64,000 nt of DNA from an uncultured Fidelibacterota bacterium (GTDB lineage Bacteria; Fidelibacterota; Marinisomatia; Marinisomatales; UBA1611). Shown here in pieces: positions 47,998-57,560 of this stretch (positions are counted from its first letter, which is position 1; every line of letters begins with the position of its first letter). The stretch spans positions 35,104 through 99,103 of the forward strand of contig CACEUX010000002.1 of NCBI GenBank assembly GCA_902562835.1. Direction: 5' to 3'. Below the pieces are notes generated by a model, which had not been told where the DNA came from, searched no databases, and was given only the letters and a program-made list of their open reading frames with translations. A program made the translations under genes and the position numbers.

Positions 47998-50900
47998 TAG
48001 TTATTAATAGGTTTCCCATCTTTCCAGACTCCCACTTTTTTGTCACCATTAGGATATGTGAAGGTACCTTGACCATCCATTGTACCGTTTTTGAATTCAC
48101 CGACATATTTATTACCATTTTCATAAGTAAACACACCCAGGCCTTCTCTTTTACCATCTTTGAATTCACCAATATATAAATTTCCATTATTGAAAGAATA
48201 GGTTCCTTGACCTTCCATTACCCCATCGATAAATGTTCCTTCGTATGTATTACCATTCCTATAAATATATTTGCCTTGGCCATCAATCTCATCTTCTTTC
48301 CATTCACCAATATATTTTTCATCATTTGAAAATATACAAGTACCCTGGCCATCTCTTTTACCTGATTTAAAAAGGCCGTTATACTTATCCCCATTGATAT
48401 AATCAAAAGTCCCTTGGCCATCAATCTTGCCATTTAAAAAACTGCCTCTGCATACACTACCATTAGAGAATGTAAAGGAGCCCTGACCGGTTATTTCGTC
48501 ATTTTGCCATTCTCCATTATACTGTGATCCATCTGCAAATTGATATACCCCTTTTGAATGTTTCATATCATTCTTCCAACTACCATCATATACATCACCA
48601 ATAGAAGACTTAAAAACCCCTTGACCTTCTCTCTTACCAAATTCCCATTCACCATCATACGAGTCTCCAATAGAAGAGGTATATTTACCCTTTCCATGGA
48701 ATACGTCATCTTTAAAATTTCCAATATAGGTGATTCCATCAGTTATAAAAGTAGCTTTTCCCTCCCCTTCTTTTTTACCATTTCGCCAACCTCCATTATA
48801 TTCATCACCATTTGCATATTTCATTTTTCCTTGGCCAGTTTTTAAGTTGTTTTGCCAACCTCCATTATATTCATCACCATTTGCATATTTTAATATACCC
48901 TCACCCATTTTGAGATCATATTTCCATTCGCCTTCGTAGATATCACCTTTAGAATCTTTATATATTCCATAACCTTCCTTGATCCCATCAGCCCAGTTAC
49001 CTTGGTAAATATCACCATTATTATATTTATATGTTCCTTCTCCAGATTTTACATCATTTGACCATATCCCATCATATTTCTCCCCATTTTGATAGAGGTA
49101 GGTTCCTTGTCCCTCCTTTAGGTTACTAACCCAATAACCTTTATAATTATCACCATTTACATAAACCATTTGACCATCACCAGACATCATATCTTGCTTC
49201 CATTCACCTTTATAGTGATCCCCATTAGTGAAGTCCATTTCACCTATTCCATGCTTCATATCGCTTTCCCATTCGCCTTCATAATGCTCACCCTGGTTGG
49301 AGATGAAAATACCTTTACCGCTTCGCTTATCCATTTCCCACTCACCTTCATATGAATCACCATTTAGATACTTGAATGAGCCCTTACCATGGAATTGATC
49401 TTCTTTCCATTCACCGACATAACGATTCCCTTTGAAATAAAGTAATTCTGTTGATAGTGATTCATTCTTTTTTTGACCTACAAATGAGTATGTACCTTTA
49501 CCCTCTCTCTTATTATTGGTCCATTTACCCGTATATCGATGGCCAAGTACATCAGTATATGTACCTTCACCATTCATTGCATCTTTCCGCCATTCCCCTT
49601 TGTATTTATTACCTTTACCATCTGTAAAAGTTCCTTGCCCGCTCCTAAGGTCATCTTTCCATTCGCCGACGTACTTTTCTCCTAAATTTGAACTAAATGT
49701 TCCTCTACCATTTTTTTGATTATTTATCCATTCACCGTCATATTTATCACCAGTGGAGTAAATATATATCCCGATTCCTTGTATATTGTCTTGACTCCAG
49801 TCACCCTCATATATATCACCATTGGAATAGATAATTTTTCCCTTTCCATCTTTTTTATTATTGGCCCAAAAGCCGTTAAATACATTGCCATTTTTATCAT
49901 CATGAGTACCAGTTCCATGTTTCATATCTAACTCCCATTCACCATCATAAATAGTACCAGAATTATATTTCATTAAACCTTTACCGGCTTTTTTATTAGC
50001 TAACCATTCCCCTTCATATTGGTCACCATTTGCATAGGTCTGAGTCCCTTCTCCATGTCTAAGGTCCTTTAACCAAATCCCAACATACTTATCAGTATTT
50101 GAACTATAAAGTGTACCTTTTCCGTGTTTTAAACCTTGATGCCATAAACCAATATATTTATTACCACCTAAATCTGTAAAAGTACCATAACCATCATATT
50201 TACCACTTTTCCATTCCCCTTCATATTGGTCACCATTTGCAAAATAAAAGGTTCCGTTACCATTGTAAGCATTATCCTTCCAGTCTCCCTCATATCTGTT
50301 TCCTTTTAAATCAGAAAAGGTTCCATATCCTTCCATTTTACCTTCAAGCCAATTACCATTGAACCTTCGACCATCAGGATAAGTGAATGTCCCTGCCCCT
50401 TCCATCTGGTCATTAATAAAACTCCCTTCGTATTCGCTTCCATCAGAAAAACTAAATACTCCATTTCCAGCTTTCTTATTCTTTACCCATTGGCCGCTGT
50501 ATGTATCACCATTGACAAAGAAATAATATCCCTGACCATCCATTTGGCCCTCTTTCCAAGTGCCTTCGTAAATATCACCGTTTTTATCACGAAAGGTCCC
50601 TTTACCATTACGTTTCCCATCAGAGAAATAACCCTCATATAAATCTCCATTTACATAAGTATATATTCCGTAACCAATGCGTTTATCATCAACCCATTCG
50701 CCATCATACCGATTACCATTTACAAAGATGTATAATCCCCTACCATTCATTCTGCCCTTAACCCATTCACCTTTATAGGTTTCCCCTATTGAGGATCTAA
50801 AAGTACCTTGACCATTTAATTTGCCATCATTGAAGGTACCTTCAAAATAATTACCATTAGATGCGGCATAGATGCCTTCTCCCTCCATAGTATCTTCTTT

Positions 50901-52118
50901 CCATTCACCATGATATTCATTGCCATTCTCAAAAACATAGGAACCTTTACCATGCATTTTACCTTTTTTAAAATCACCCTCGTAAGTATCTCCATTTGCA
51001 TAGCTATAATTACCGTACCCATCCATAGATCCATTTTTCCAATTACCACTATATTTGCCACCAGAGACATAGGTAAACACTCCCTGCCCATGCTTTAAAT
51101 CATTTTTCCATTCTCCATCATATACATTCCCATTAGGATAAGTAAAAATACCCTGTCCATTTTTGACGCCATTCCAAAACTCACCTTTATATGTGTTACC
51201 ATTTTTAAAAGTAAAAATACCACGTCCAGTTCGCTTACCATCTTTGTAATCACCTACATACTTTTCTCCATCAGGATAGGTAAAAGTGCCTTCGCCATTC
51301 CTTTTACCATTTTGAAATTCACCAACATATTTGGTACCGTTCTTAAAACTATAGGTACCTTTTCCATGACTTTTATCATCCCTCCATTCACCTTCATATA
51401 TATTCCCATTTTTAAATGTAAATATTCCACTTCCTTCCATATTGCCATCATAAAACTCACCTTCATAAATATTTCCGTTTACATAGGTGAAAATACCTTG
51501 TCCATGTTTTTTACCATCTAAAAATTCACCTTTATACACATTGCCACTTTTAAACGTATATACCCCTCTTCCCTGTCTTTTATCATACTTAAAGTCACCT
51601 TCATAAGTATTTCCTTCACCATCTATTGAAATGCCTATCCCATGTTTCTTATCATCTTTCCATTCACCCTCATACTTTTTTCCAAATGTGTATATATAAG
51701 TTCCATTTCCATTCTTTTTATCTCCTTTCCACTCGCCTATATACGTATTTCCGAATGGATAGTAATATGTGCCCTCTCCTTCTTTTTTACCATTACTCCA
51801 TTCACCTTCATACTTTTCTCCACCAATAATATGAAGAGTACCCCAACCATGAAAAAGACCAGCCAGAAAACTTCCTACATATGTATGACTATCATCTTCA
51901 AATGTAAATGTTCCTTCTCCTTGCCGAATACCATTGACCCAATCACCGTCATATGTATCTCCATTTGGATATATATATTTACCAATACCATGACGCCTAC
52001 CGTCTTTTAAGTCCCCTGTATAATTAAAACCATATTGAATTACATCGTTCTCAGAATTCTCGTTCTGAGAAAATAAATAGGAGAAAAGAAATACATTTAA
52101 TATAAGAATGGCTTTCAT
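47997..52118 (-). CDS. Exported giant MORN-repeat protein (~58 tandem 23-aa repeats)
   Basis: Signal peptide MKAILILNVFLFSYLFSQ. A near-continuous array of Y-x-G-E/D-W-x(4)-K/R-x-G-x-G-x(5)-N-G units then runs to the C-terminus. No other domain is visible. Confidence 0.9.
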   Translation of the reverse strand: MKAILILNVFLFSYLFSQNENSENDVIQYGFNYTGDLKDGRRHGIGKYIYPNGDTYDGDWVNGIRQGEGTFTFEDDSHTYVGSFLAGLFHGWGTLHIIGGEKYEGEWSNGKKEGEGTYYYPFGNTYIGEWKGDKKNGNGTYIYTFGKKYEGEWKDDKKHGIGISIDGEGNTYEGDFKYDKRQGRGVYTFKSGNVYKGEFLDGKKHGQGIFTYVNGNIYEGEFYDGNMEGSGIFTFKNGNIYEGEWRDDKSHGKGTYSFKNGTKYVGEFQNGKRNGEGTFTYPDGEKYVGDYKDGKRTGRGIFTFKNGNTYKGEFWNGVKNGQGIFTYPNGNVYDGEWKNDLKHGQGVFTYVSGGKYSGNWKNGSMDGYGNYSYANGDTYEGDFKKGKMHGKGSYVFENGNEYHGEWKEDTMEGEGIYAASNGNYFEGTFNDGKLNGQGTFRSSIGETYKGEWVKGRMNGRGLYIFVNGNRYDGEWVDDKRIGYGIYTYVNGDLYEGYFSDGKRNGKGTFRDKNGDIYEGTWKEGQMDGQGYYFFVNGDTYSGQWVKNKKAGNGVFSFSDGSEYEGSFINDQMEGAGTFTYPDGRRFNGNWLEGKMEGYGTFSDLKGNRYEGDWKDNAYNGNGTFYFANGDQYEGEWKSGKYDGYGTFTDLGGNKYIGLWHQGLKHGKGTLYSSNTDKYVGIWLKDLRHGEGTQTYANGDQYEGEWLANKKAGKGLMKYNSGTIYDGEWELDMKHGTGTHDDKNGNVFNGFWANNKKDGKGKIIYSNGDIYEGDWSQDNIQGIGIYIYSTGDKYDGEWINNQKNGRGTFSSNLGEKYVGEWKDDLRSGQGTFTDGKGNKYKGEWRKDAMNGEGTYTDVLGHRYTGKWTNNKREGKGTYSFVGQKKNESLSTELLYFKGNRYVGEWKEDQFHGKGSFKYLNGDSYEGEWEMDKRSGKGIFISNQGEHYEGEWESDMKHGIGEMDFTNGDHYKGEWKQDMMSGDGQMVYVNGDNYKGYWVSNLKEGQGTYLYQNGEKYDGIWSNDVKSGEGTYKYNNGDIYQGNWADGIKEGYGIYKDSKGDIYEGEWKYDLKMGEGILKYANGDEYNGGWQNNLKTGQGKMKYANGDEYNGGWRNGKKEGEGKATFITDGITYIGNFKDDVFHGKGKYTSSIGDSYDGEWEFGKREGQGVFKSSIGDVYDGSWKNDMKHSKGVYQFADGSQYNGEWQNDEITGQGSFTFSNGSVCRGSFLNGKIDGQGTFDYINGDKYNGLFKSGKRDGQGTCIFSNDEKYIGEWKEDEIDGQGKYIYRNGNTYEGTFIDGVMEGQGTYSFNNGNLYIGEFKDGKREGLGVFTYENGNKYVGEFKNGTMDGQGTFTYPNGDKKVGVWKDGKPINN
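48010..52020 (-). repeat. 69-nt-periodic coding tandem repeat array (MORN units)
   Basis: The periodicity shows in the DNA. It also shows in the many spurious plus-strand and out-of-frame ORFs the track reports across this interval. A perfect 37-nt copy pair sits at 48785-48821 and 48854-48890, exactly 69 nt apart. Confidence 0.85.
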
Positions 52119-52298
52119 GGTCCTAAAAATTTACAAAATATTAGACCTTAAACAGTAAATCCAATCTTTAATAGAATATAAATGATTAAATGTGGGATTC
52201 AGAACCTTATCACTGGTAAAGCAAGGTTCAATTAAGATAAAGCCAAATATAAAAAAACATCTAAAATTTTATTTTTGGGGTTAGTCGTTAGAATTTTT

Positions 52299-52526
52299 CT
52301 ACTTCTTCAATTTATCATATGTATTCCAAACATCCTTTATCAGATAAGATAAAAGAACTGTTATTAATACTGTAAAACCTAGAATCGATATATTGATTCC
52401 ATTACTTTCCTTGTAATCCATAATCAACCAAATTACAAAACCTACAAAACTAACTACTGAAATATTTAGGGCTGATAGTTTTATATATTTTATCATATTA
52501 TTATCAAAAAAACATTTAGGATTCAT
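52299..52526 (-). CDS. Small 2-TM membrane protein (75 aa)
   Basis: Two hydrophobic helices (LNISVVSFVGFVIWLIM and ISILGFTVLITVLLSYLI). Its ATG overlaps the stop of the upstream YwqK-like gene (ATGA), which suggests translational coupling. Confidence 0.5.
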   Translation of the reverse strand: MNPKCFFDNNMIKYIKLSALNISVVSFVGFVIWLIMDYKESNGINISILGFTVLITVLLSYLIKDVWNTYDKLKK

Positions 52527-53269
52527 TCACTGGCAGAGGAATCTTCAACCCATTCTTTTACAGATATTAATTCTCCTAAATTGTAGGTTTCTTCTAATTC
52601 CTTATGACCATCTTTATCCCAATAAACCCACAAACCTTCTTTTTTCACTCCTTTAAGAACGCCCTCAGATAACTTTTGTCCATTATTATGCCAGAATGTC
52701 CATAAACCCTCTCCTTTGCCATTTTTATAGACTCCTTCAGATTCTTTCTGACCTCTCTCATTCCAGTATGTCCATAGACCTTCTAATTCACCATTCTCAA
52801 AAGTTCCTTCCTTTATCTTATTTCCATTCTCATACCAGAAAGTCCATTTTCCATCTTTTTTGCCATTCTTAAACGTTCCGTTTGATTCTTTTTTGCCATT
52901 ATAGTACCACCATGTCCAAAGTCCTTCTCCCTTACCGAATTTGATATTCCTCTTAGATTTCATCTTACCATTATCATGCCACCTTTTCCATACTCCAACT
53001 TCTTTGCCTTCTTTAAATGTCCCTTCTTCTTTCTTTTGTCCATTTTTATACCAAAAGGTCCACAACCCTTCTTTTCTACCGTTTACTGCAAGACCTAAGA
53101 CAACTTTCTGGTCTCCAAGAATTTGATAAATTGAACCATTAACAGATGCCTCATCAGATTTATTTAAAAAAATACCATCCTTATACATTAAATCTTCTAG
53201 ATCGTATTCGTTTTGAGAAAGTCCAACTGTAAAAGATAATAGCGATATAATTATTAATTTTCGTTTCAT
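52523..53269 (-). CDS. Exported YwqK-like / MORN-variant repeat protein
   Basis: The signal peptide starts from the internal ATG (MKRKLIIISLLSF...). About 7 units follow of G-x-W-x-x-W-x-x-N-G-x-K-x-x-E-G-x-F-K-x-G-K-x-x-G, the MORN_2/YwqK antitoxin-type repeat. Confidence 0.75.
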   Translation of the reverse strand: MKRKLIIISLLSFTVGLSQNEYDLEDLMYKDGIFLNKSDEASVNGSIYQILGDQKVVLGLAVNGRKEGLWTFWYKNGQKKEEGTFKEGKEVGVWKRWHDNGKMKSKRNIKFGKGEGLWTWWYYNGKKESNGTFKNGKKDGKWTFWYENGNKIKEGTFENGELEGLWTYWNERGQKESEGVYKNGKGEGLWTFWHNNGQKLSEGVLKGVKKEGLWVYWDKDGHKELEETYNLGELISVKEWVEDSSASE

Positions 53270-53329
53270 AAGGTAGTAATTCAAATGAAAAGTCATGTTA
53301 TTGAGTAGATTGATATTTGTTTAAGACTA

Positions 53330-54877
53330 TTATTCCCATTCTATGGTCCCAGGAGGTTTAGAAGTAATATCATATACCACCCGATTAATTCCTCGGACAG
53401 AGTTGACAATTCTATTCGATATTTTTGATAATGTCTCTGAAGGCATACGAAACCAATCAGCAGTCATACCATCCGTACTAGTTACTGCCCTTAAACCCAA
53501 AAGATTTTCATAAGTTCGCTGGTCACCCATAACGCCAACAGTTTTGACTGTTATAAGTACACAAAATGCTTGCCATATTTCATTATATATCCCGTCCTCA
53601 TGTAGTACATCAATATAAATTTTATCTGCTTCTTGGAGAATATTGATACGTTCACGGGTTATTTCCCCAATAACCCTTACACCTAAACCAGGGCCTGGGA
53701 ATGGATGACGGTCAACCAATTTATCTGGAATTCCAAGTTCTCTACCTACTTCCCTAACTTCATCTTTGAACAGATCTCTTAATGGTTCAATTAATTTAAA
53801 TTTCATATTTTCTGGCAGACCGCCAACATTATGATGACTCTTTATAACATGTGCTGACTTACCTTTACTGATACCACTTTCTATTACATCTGGGTATAAA
53901 GTCCCCTGAGCTAAATAATCCATTTTATTCATTTCACTGGCAATTCGTTCAAACGAGAAAATAAATTGATTCCCTATAATTTTTCGTTTTTTTTCCGGGT
54001 CAGAAACTCCTTCTAGTTTTGAAAAAAATATTTCTGATTCATCATGAGCTTCGATGTTGATACCTAAACCGCTTTCGAGTGCGGTAACGCATTCACTCAC
54101 CTCATTTTTTCGCATTAGACCATGATCAATAATAACTGCTTTAGCACGGTCACCTATGGCCTTATGGACTAATGCAGCCACTACTGTAGAATCTACACCA
54201 CCACTTACACCTATAAGTACATTATCCTCACCAACTATTGATTGAATATTTTCTACTTGTTCTTGGATAAAATTAATTGGTGTCCAGCTTGGAGAACATT
54301 TAGCAATATTAAATAAAAAGTTGGATAATACTTTAAGACCTTCTTCTGTATGATGAACCTCGGGATGAAACTGAGTCGCTACGCGCGTTTGATCTAAATT
54401 TGACATAGCCGCCACAATTCCGTTTGAAGAATAAGCTAAAATCTGCCACCCGTCTGGTAATTTCTCCACACGATCTCCATGGCTCATCCAAACTTTGGAA
54501 GAAGAAATACCTGAGAATAATCCTTTCTGGATTTGAATATCTATATCTGTAAAACCATACTCTCCTTTTCCGTCAGATATAACATGGCCACCCCCATACT
54601 GAGCCATAACATGGAGCCCATAACAAATTCCTAAAATCGGAAATTCACTGTCTAGTATTTTAACATCAAATTGAGGGGCATCATCCTCATAAATACTACT
54701 CGGTCCCCCAGATAAAATTATTGCAGCAGGATTTCTATTTATAATTTCATTTAACTTTGTCTCTGGTGATAAGATTTCTGAAAATACATTACTCTCTCTT
54801 ACCCTTCTTGCAATCAGTTGGGTGTATTGAGAACCAAAATCAAGAATTACAACACCATTTTTGTATATATTATTCAT
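53330..54877 (-). CDS. guaA: GMP synthase (glutamine-hydrolysing)
   Basis: A GATase domain (ILGICYG, HPE), the ATP-PPase P-loop SGGVDSTV, and the C-terminal dimerisation motif ending PPGTIEWE. Confidence 0.95.
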   Translation of the reverse strand: MNNIYKNGVVILDFGSQYTQLIARRVRESNVFSEILSPETKLNEIINRNPAAIILSGGPSSIYEDDAPQFDVKILDSEFPILGICYGLHVMAQYGGGHVISDGKGEYGFTDIDIQIQKGLFSGISSSKVWMSHGDRVEKLPDGWQILAYSSNGIVAAMSNLDQTRVATQFHPEVHHTEEGLKVLSNFLFNIAKCSPSWTPINFIQEQVENIQSIVGEDNVLIGVSGGVDSTVVAALVHKAIGDRAKAVIIDHGLMRKNEVSECVTALESGLGINIEAHDESEIFFSKLEGVSDPEKKRKIIGNQFIFSFERIASEMNKMDYLAQGTLYPDVIESGISKGKSAHVIKSHHNVGGLPENMKFKLIEPLRDLFKDEVREVGRELGIPDKLVDRHPFPGPGLGVRVIGEITRERINILQEADKIYIDVLHEDGIYNEIWQAFCVLITVKTVGVMGDQRTYENLLGLRAVTSTDGMTADWFRMPSETLSKISNRIVNSVRGINRVVYDITSKPPGTIEWE

Positions 54878-55637
54878 CTAAAAATTGCTGTTTTAATTCT
54901 TCTAAGTAGGATTCATTAGTAAGCCTATAATGTACTGGTGTGATACTTACATAGTTTTCTGATAGAGCTTTTCCATCAAAATCTATTGATTTATCTTCAT
55001 CAATAACTTTTCCTTTTATCCAATAATAAGTCTCTTGCCTTGGATTATGTCTTTCTTCAAAATCATCTAAAAAGTTTTGATTTCCTTGTCTAGTAATTCG
55101 AAATCCATTTATCATTTTTTCATTACATTCTGGTACATTTACATTAAGTAAAGTTCCTCTGGGTAAATTATTTTTCATTACATGTTTCACAACATCAGTT
55201 GCTACTTTTTTAGCAGTTTCATAATCATCCGATTTAAAAGAGGCTAAGCTAATTGCTATAGATGATATCCCTAGCATAGCACCCTCAGCTGCTGCTGAAA
55301 CTGTGCCTGAATAAATAAGGTTAGTTCCTAGATTTGCACCTTGGTTTATTCCTGATATTAATATATCTGGATAATCAATCATTAGTGACCTAACTGCAAT
55401 CTTTGCGCAGTCTGCTGGGGTACCACTAACTGCATAACCTTTAAATCCGTTTTCCCTTTCAATTTCTTGAACCCTTATTGGATTGTTAATTGTTATTGAA
55501 TGACTTTTAGCACTTTGTTCATTATCGGGTGCGACTACAAAAGTATGTCCTAATTTATTCATAGCCTGCCAGAGAGCATATATACCTTTAGAATAAATAC
55601 CATCATCATTTGTGATTAAAATTCTAGGTTTATTCAT
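54870..55637 (-). CDS. surE: 5'/3'-nucleotidase SurE
   Basis: The N-terminal ILITNDDGI motif, GINQGANLG and SGTVSAA. Confidence 0.92.
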   Translation of the reverse strand: MNKPRILITNDDGIYSKGIYALWQAMNKLGHTFVVAPDNEQSAKSHSITINNPIRVQEIERENGFKGYAVSGTPADCAKIAVRSLMIDYPDILISGINQGANLGTNLIYSGTVSAAAEGAMLGISSIAISLASFKSDDYETAKKVATDVVKHVMKNNLPRGTLLNVNVPECNEKMINGFRITRQGNQNFLDDFEERHNPRQETYYWIKGKVIDEDKSIDFDGKALSENYVSITPVHYRLTNESYLEELKQQFLDE

Positions 55638-56470
55638 TTAAGAATAGAAATCAAAGTTGAGAGTTTCGTTTTCATGCTACTTCGATCAACTATGCAATCA
55701 ATAAAACCTTTTTCTAGGAGGAATTCAGACCGTTGAAATCCCTTGGGTAAATCCTGCCCAATAGTTTGTTTAATAACTCTAGGCCCAGCGAATCCTATCA
55801 AGGCTCCGGGCTCTGCTAAAATCACATCACCTAACATACCATAGCTTGCTGTAACTCCGCCAGTAGTCGGATCGGTTAGAATTGGTATGAAAAGCCCTCC
55901 ATCATTAGAAAATTTTGCTAATCGAGTACTGGTCTTTGCTAGTTGCATTAGTGAAATAGCACCTTCCTGCATTCGCGCACCACCGGATGAGCAAATTAAT
56001 ATAAAAGGTACATTTTTTTCTCCAGCCATGACTAAGGCCCTTGCTACTATCTCACCGACAACTGAACCCATACTGCCACCGATAAATTTAAAATTCATTA
56101 CTCCTAAAACAACTTGTTGATCATTGATATTTCCATCATAAACATTTATAGCATCACTTTCTCCAGTTTTATTTATTGCATCTATTATCTGATCTTTATA
56201 GGCCTTATTTGCATTAAATCCTAAAAAGTCATGGGGTACAATATCCTGAAAATGCCTTGTTGAAGTCCCTTTATCTAAAAGTAATTCAACATACAATCCA
56301 GGAGAAACGCGAAAATGATGATTACAATGATGGCACACCGAAAGTTTTTTTTCAAGCTCTGGACGATAAATGATCTCATTACAAGATGGGCACTTGTCCC
56401 ACAAACCATCTGGGATTGCTTTTTTCTCTGAATCTTTTAGATTTTTATCTTTTCGTTTAAACCAAGCCAT
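55634..56470 (-). CDS. accD: Acetyl-CoA carboxylase carboxyltransferase beta subunit
   Basis: An N-terminal Cys4 zinc ribbon (CPSCNE...CHHCNHH) and the carboxyltransferase motifs GGSMG and SGGARMQEG. Confidence 0.93.
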   Translation of the reverse strand: MAWFKRKDKNLKDSEKKAIPDGLWDKCPSCNEIIYRPELEKKLSVCHHCNHHFRVSPGLYVELLLDKGTSTRHFQDIVPHDFLGFNANKAYKDQIIDAINKTGESDAINVYDGNINDQQVVLGVMNFKFIGGSMGSVVGEIVARALVMAGEKNVPFILICSSGGARMQEGAISLMQLAKTSTRLAKFSNDGGLFIPILTDPTTGGVTASYGMLGDVILAEPGALIGFAGPRVIKQTIGQDLPKGFQRSEFLLEKGFIDCIVDRSSMKTKLSTLISILK

Positions 56471-56479
56471 AATCGAATT

Positions 56480-56923
56480 TTATTTCTTAAGACACATTAC
56501 CAAGGCATCGCTGCCATCGCTATAATAGTTAGTTCGAGAACTAATATTTTTAAAACCGACACTAAGATAAAGATTGATAGCGGGGAAATTAATGTGTTTA
56601 ACTTCTAAAAATACGGATGATTTAATTGGTAATTGATCTAAAAAACTTTTGAGAAGTAGTTTACCATAACCCCTGCCTTGCATAGAGCTTTTAACAGCCA
56701 TATTTATTATATGTATTTCATTTTCAAATTTTCGAGTCATGCAATATGCTACAACCTCATTAGCTTTAACAATTATCAAAGTTTTTCTATCATTTCCATT
56801 ATTAAGTTCGGCAACAAGCATCTCAAGCGACCAATTATCATTTGTGAAAACCTGCCTCTCTATTTTAAGTATATCAGAGACATCATTAATTGTCGCTTCG
56901 CGTATTATTTTATATTCATTCAC
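56480..56923 (-). CDS. rimI: Ribosomal-protein-alanine N-acetyltransferase
   Basis: A 147-aa GNAT with the motif A sequence SSMQGRGYGKLLL. It lies in the conserved tsaE-tsaB-rimI cluster. Confidence 0.8.
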   Translation of the reverse strand: MNEYKIIREATINDVSDILKIERQVFTNDNWSLEMLVAELNNGNDRKTLIIVKANEVVAYCMTRKFENEIHIINMAVKSSMQGRGYGKLLLKSFLDQLPIKSSVFLEVKHINFPAINLYLSVGFKNISSRTNYYSDGSDALVMCLKK

Positions 56924-57560
56924 GAGGTGTCATTTCAAAAGGGGCTATATAATCAGGTACAAGGTCATAGGGTGTTTTTATGACCCAATCATCATAGAAA
57001 ATAGAAGCTAATACTCCGATAAATTCAGCAGACGGCACTGCTTTTTTGATATCAGAATAACTGCTCATTATTTTTTCACAATTCCATTGGAACCCATCTT
57101 GGATATTTTTGGAATATTGGTCTATATCTCCAACGACCGCCTTATTAATTATTTTTGGGATAGAGTTTTTCCATGAAAATTCCTGATAAAAAACCTTTTT
57201 TGAATGAGAATGACTAATGCCATTATGAGGTTCGTATTCCCTTAAACTAAAAGCCAATGATAGTAAAGTTGGAACAGGAACAATTGGAAGGCCTAAAGCA
57301 TAAGCCATACCCTTAGCAAAACCTAATCCTATACGTAACCCAGTGAAAGAACCAGGGCCAATACTTACGGCTATTGCATCAATGTCACTAAGCGATTTAT
57401 TTGATTGTTTAATAGCATCTTGAGCAAAATTAGCGAGGTTTTCATTGTGTTGTCGGTAAGTACTTTTCTCTGATATACCTATTAAATTTCCATTCTCAAT
57501 AATGGAAATGCCGCAAATTAAAGAGGATGTCTCAATTGAAAGAATATTTTTAGAAATCAA
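56916..57560 (-). CDS. tsaB: tRNA N6-threonylcarbamoyladenosine (t6A37) biosynthesis protein TsaB
   Basis: N-terminus ILSIETSS; GPGSFTGLRIG motif. Confidence 0.88.
   Translation of the reverse strand: MISKNILSIETSSLICGISIIENGNLIGISEKSTYRQHNENLANFAQDAIKQSNKSLSDIDAIAVSIGPGSFTGLRIGLGFAKGMAYALGLPIVPVPTLLSLAFSLREYEPHNGISHSHSKKVFYQEFSWKNSIPKIINKAVVGDIDQYSKNIQDGFQWNCEKIMSSYSDIKKAVPSAEFIGVLASIFYDDWVIKTPYDLVPDYIAPFEMTPRE

Noticed and set aside
48558-52010. Numerous 60-122-aa ORFs on the plus strand and in other minus-strand frames across the MORN gene (for example 51642..52010 +, 48558..48845 +, 50816..51091 -).
   Set aside because: These are artefacts of low-complexity periodic sequence, which keeps alternative frames open. 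Their translations are F/I/T/P-rich mirror images of the repeat, and all lie inside a much longer, motif-rich ORF.
48010-52020. Regular ~69-nt periodic repeats that could superficially suggest a CRISPR array or satellite.
   Set aside because: The periodicity is exactly 23 codons and lies entirely inside one long open frame encoding MORN units. There is no alternation of conserved repeats with unique spacers, no leader and no cas genes.
52119-52147. An imperfect hairpin (GGTCCTA...TAGACC) immediately upstream of the MORN start codon, considered as a possible translational control element.
   Set aside because: The stem is only 4+2 bp with a bulge and is AT-rich. Such a structure is expected by chance in sequence of this composition, and no conservation data are available.
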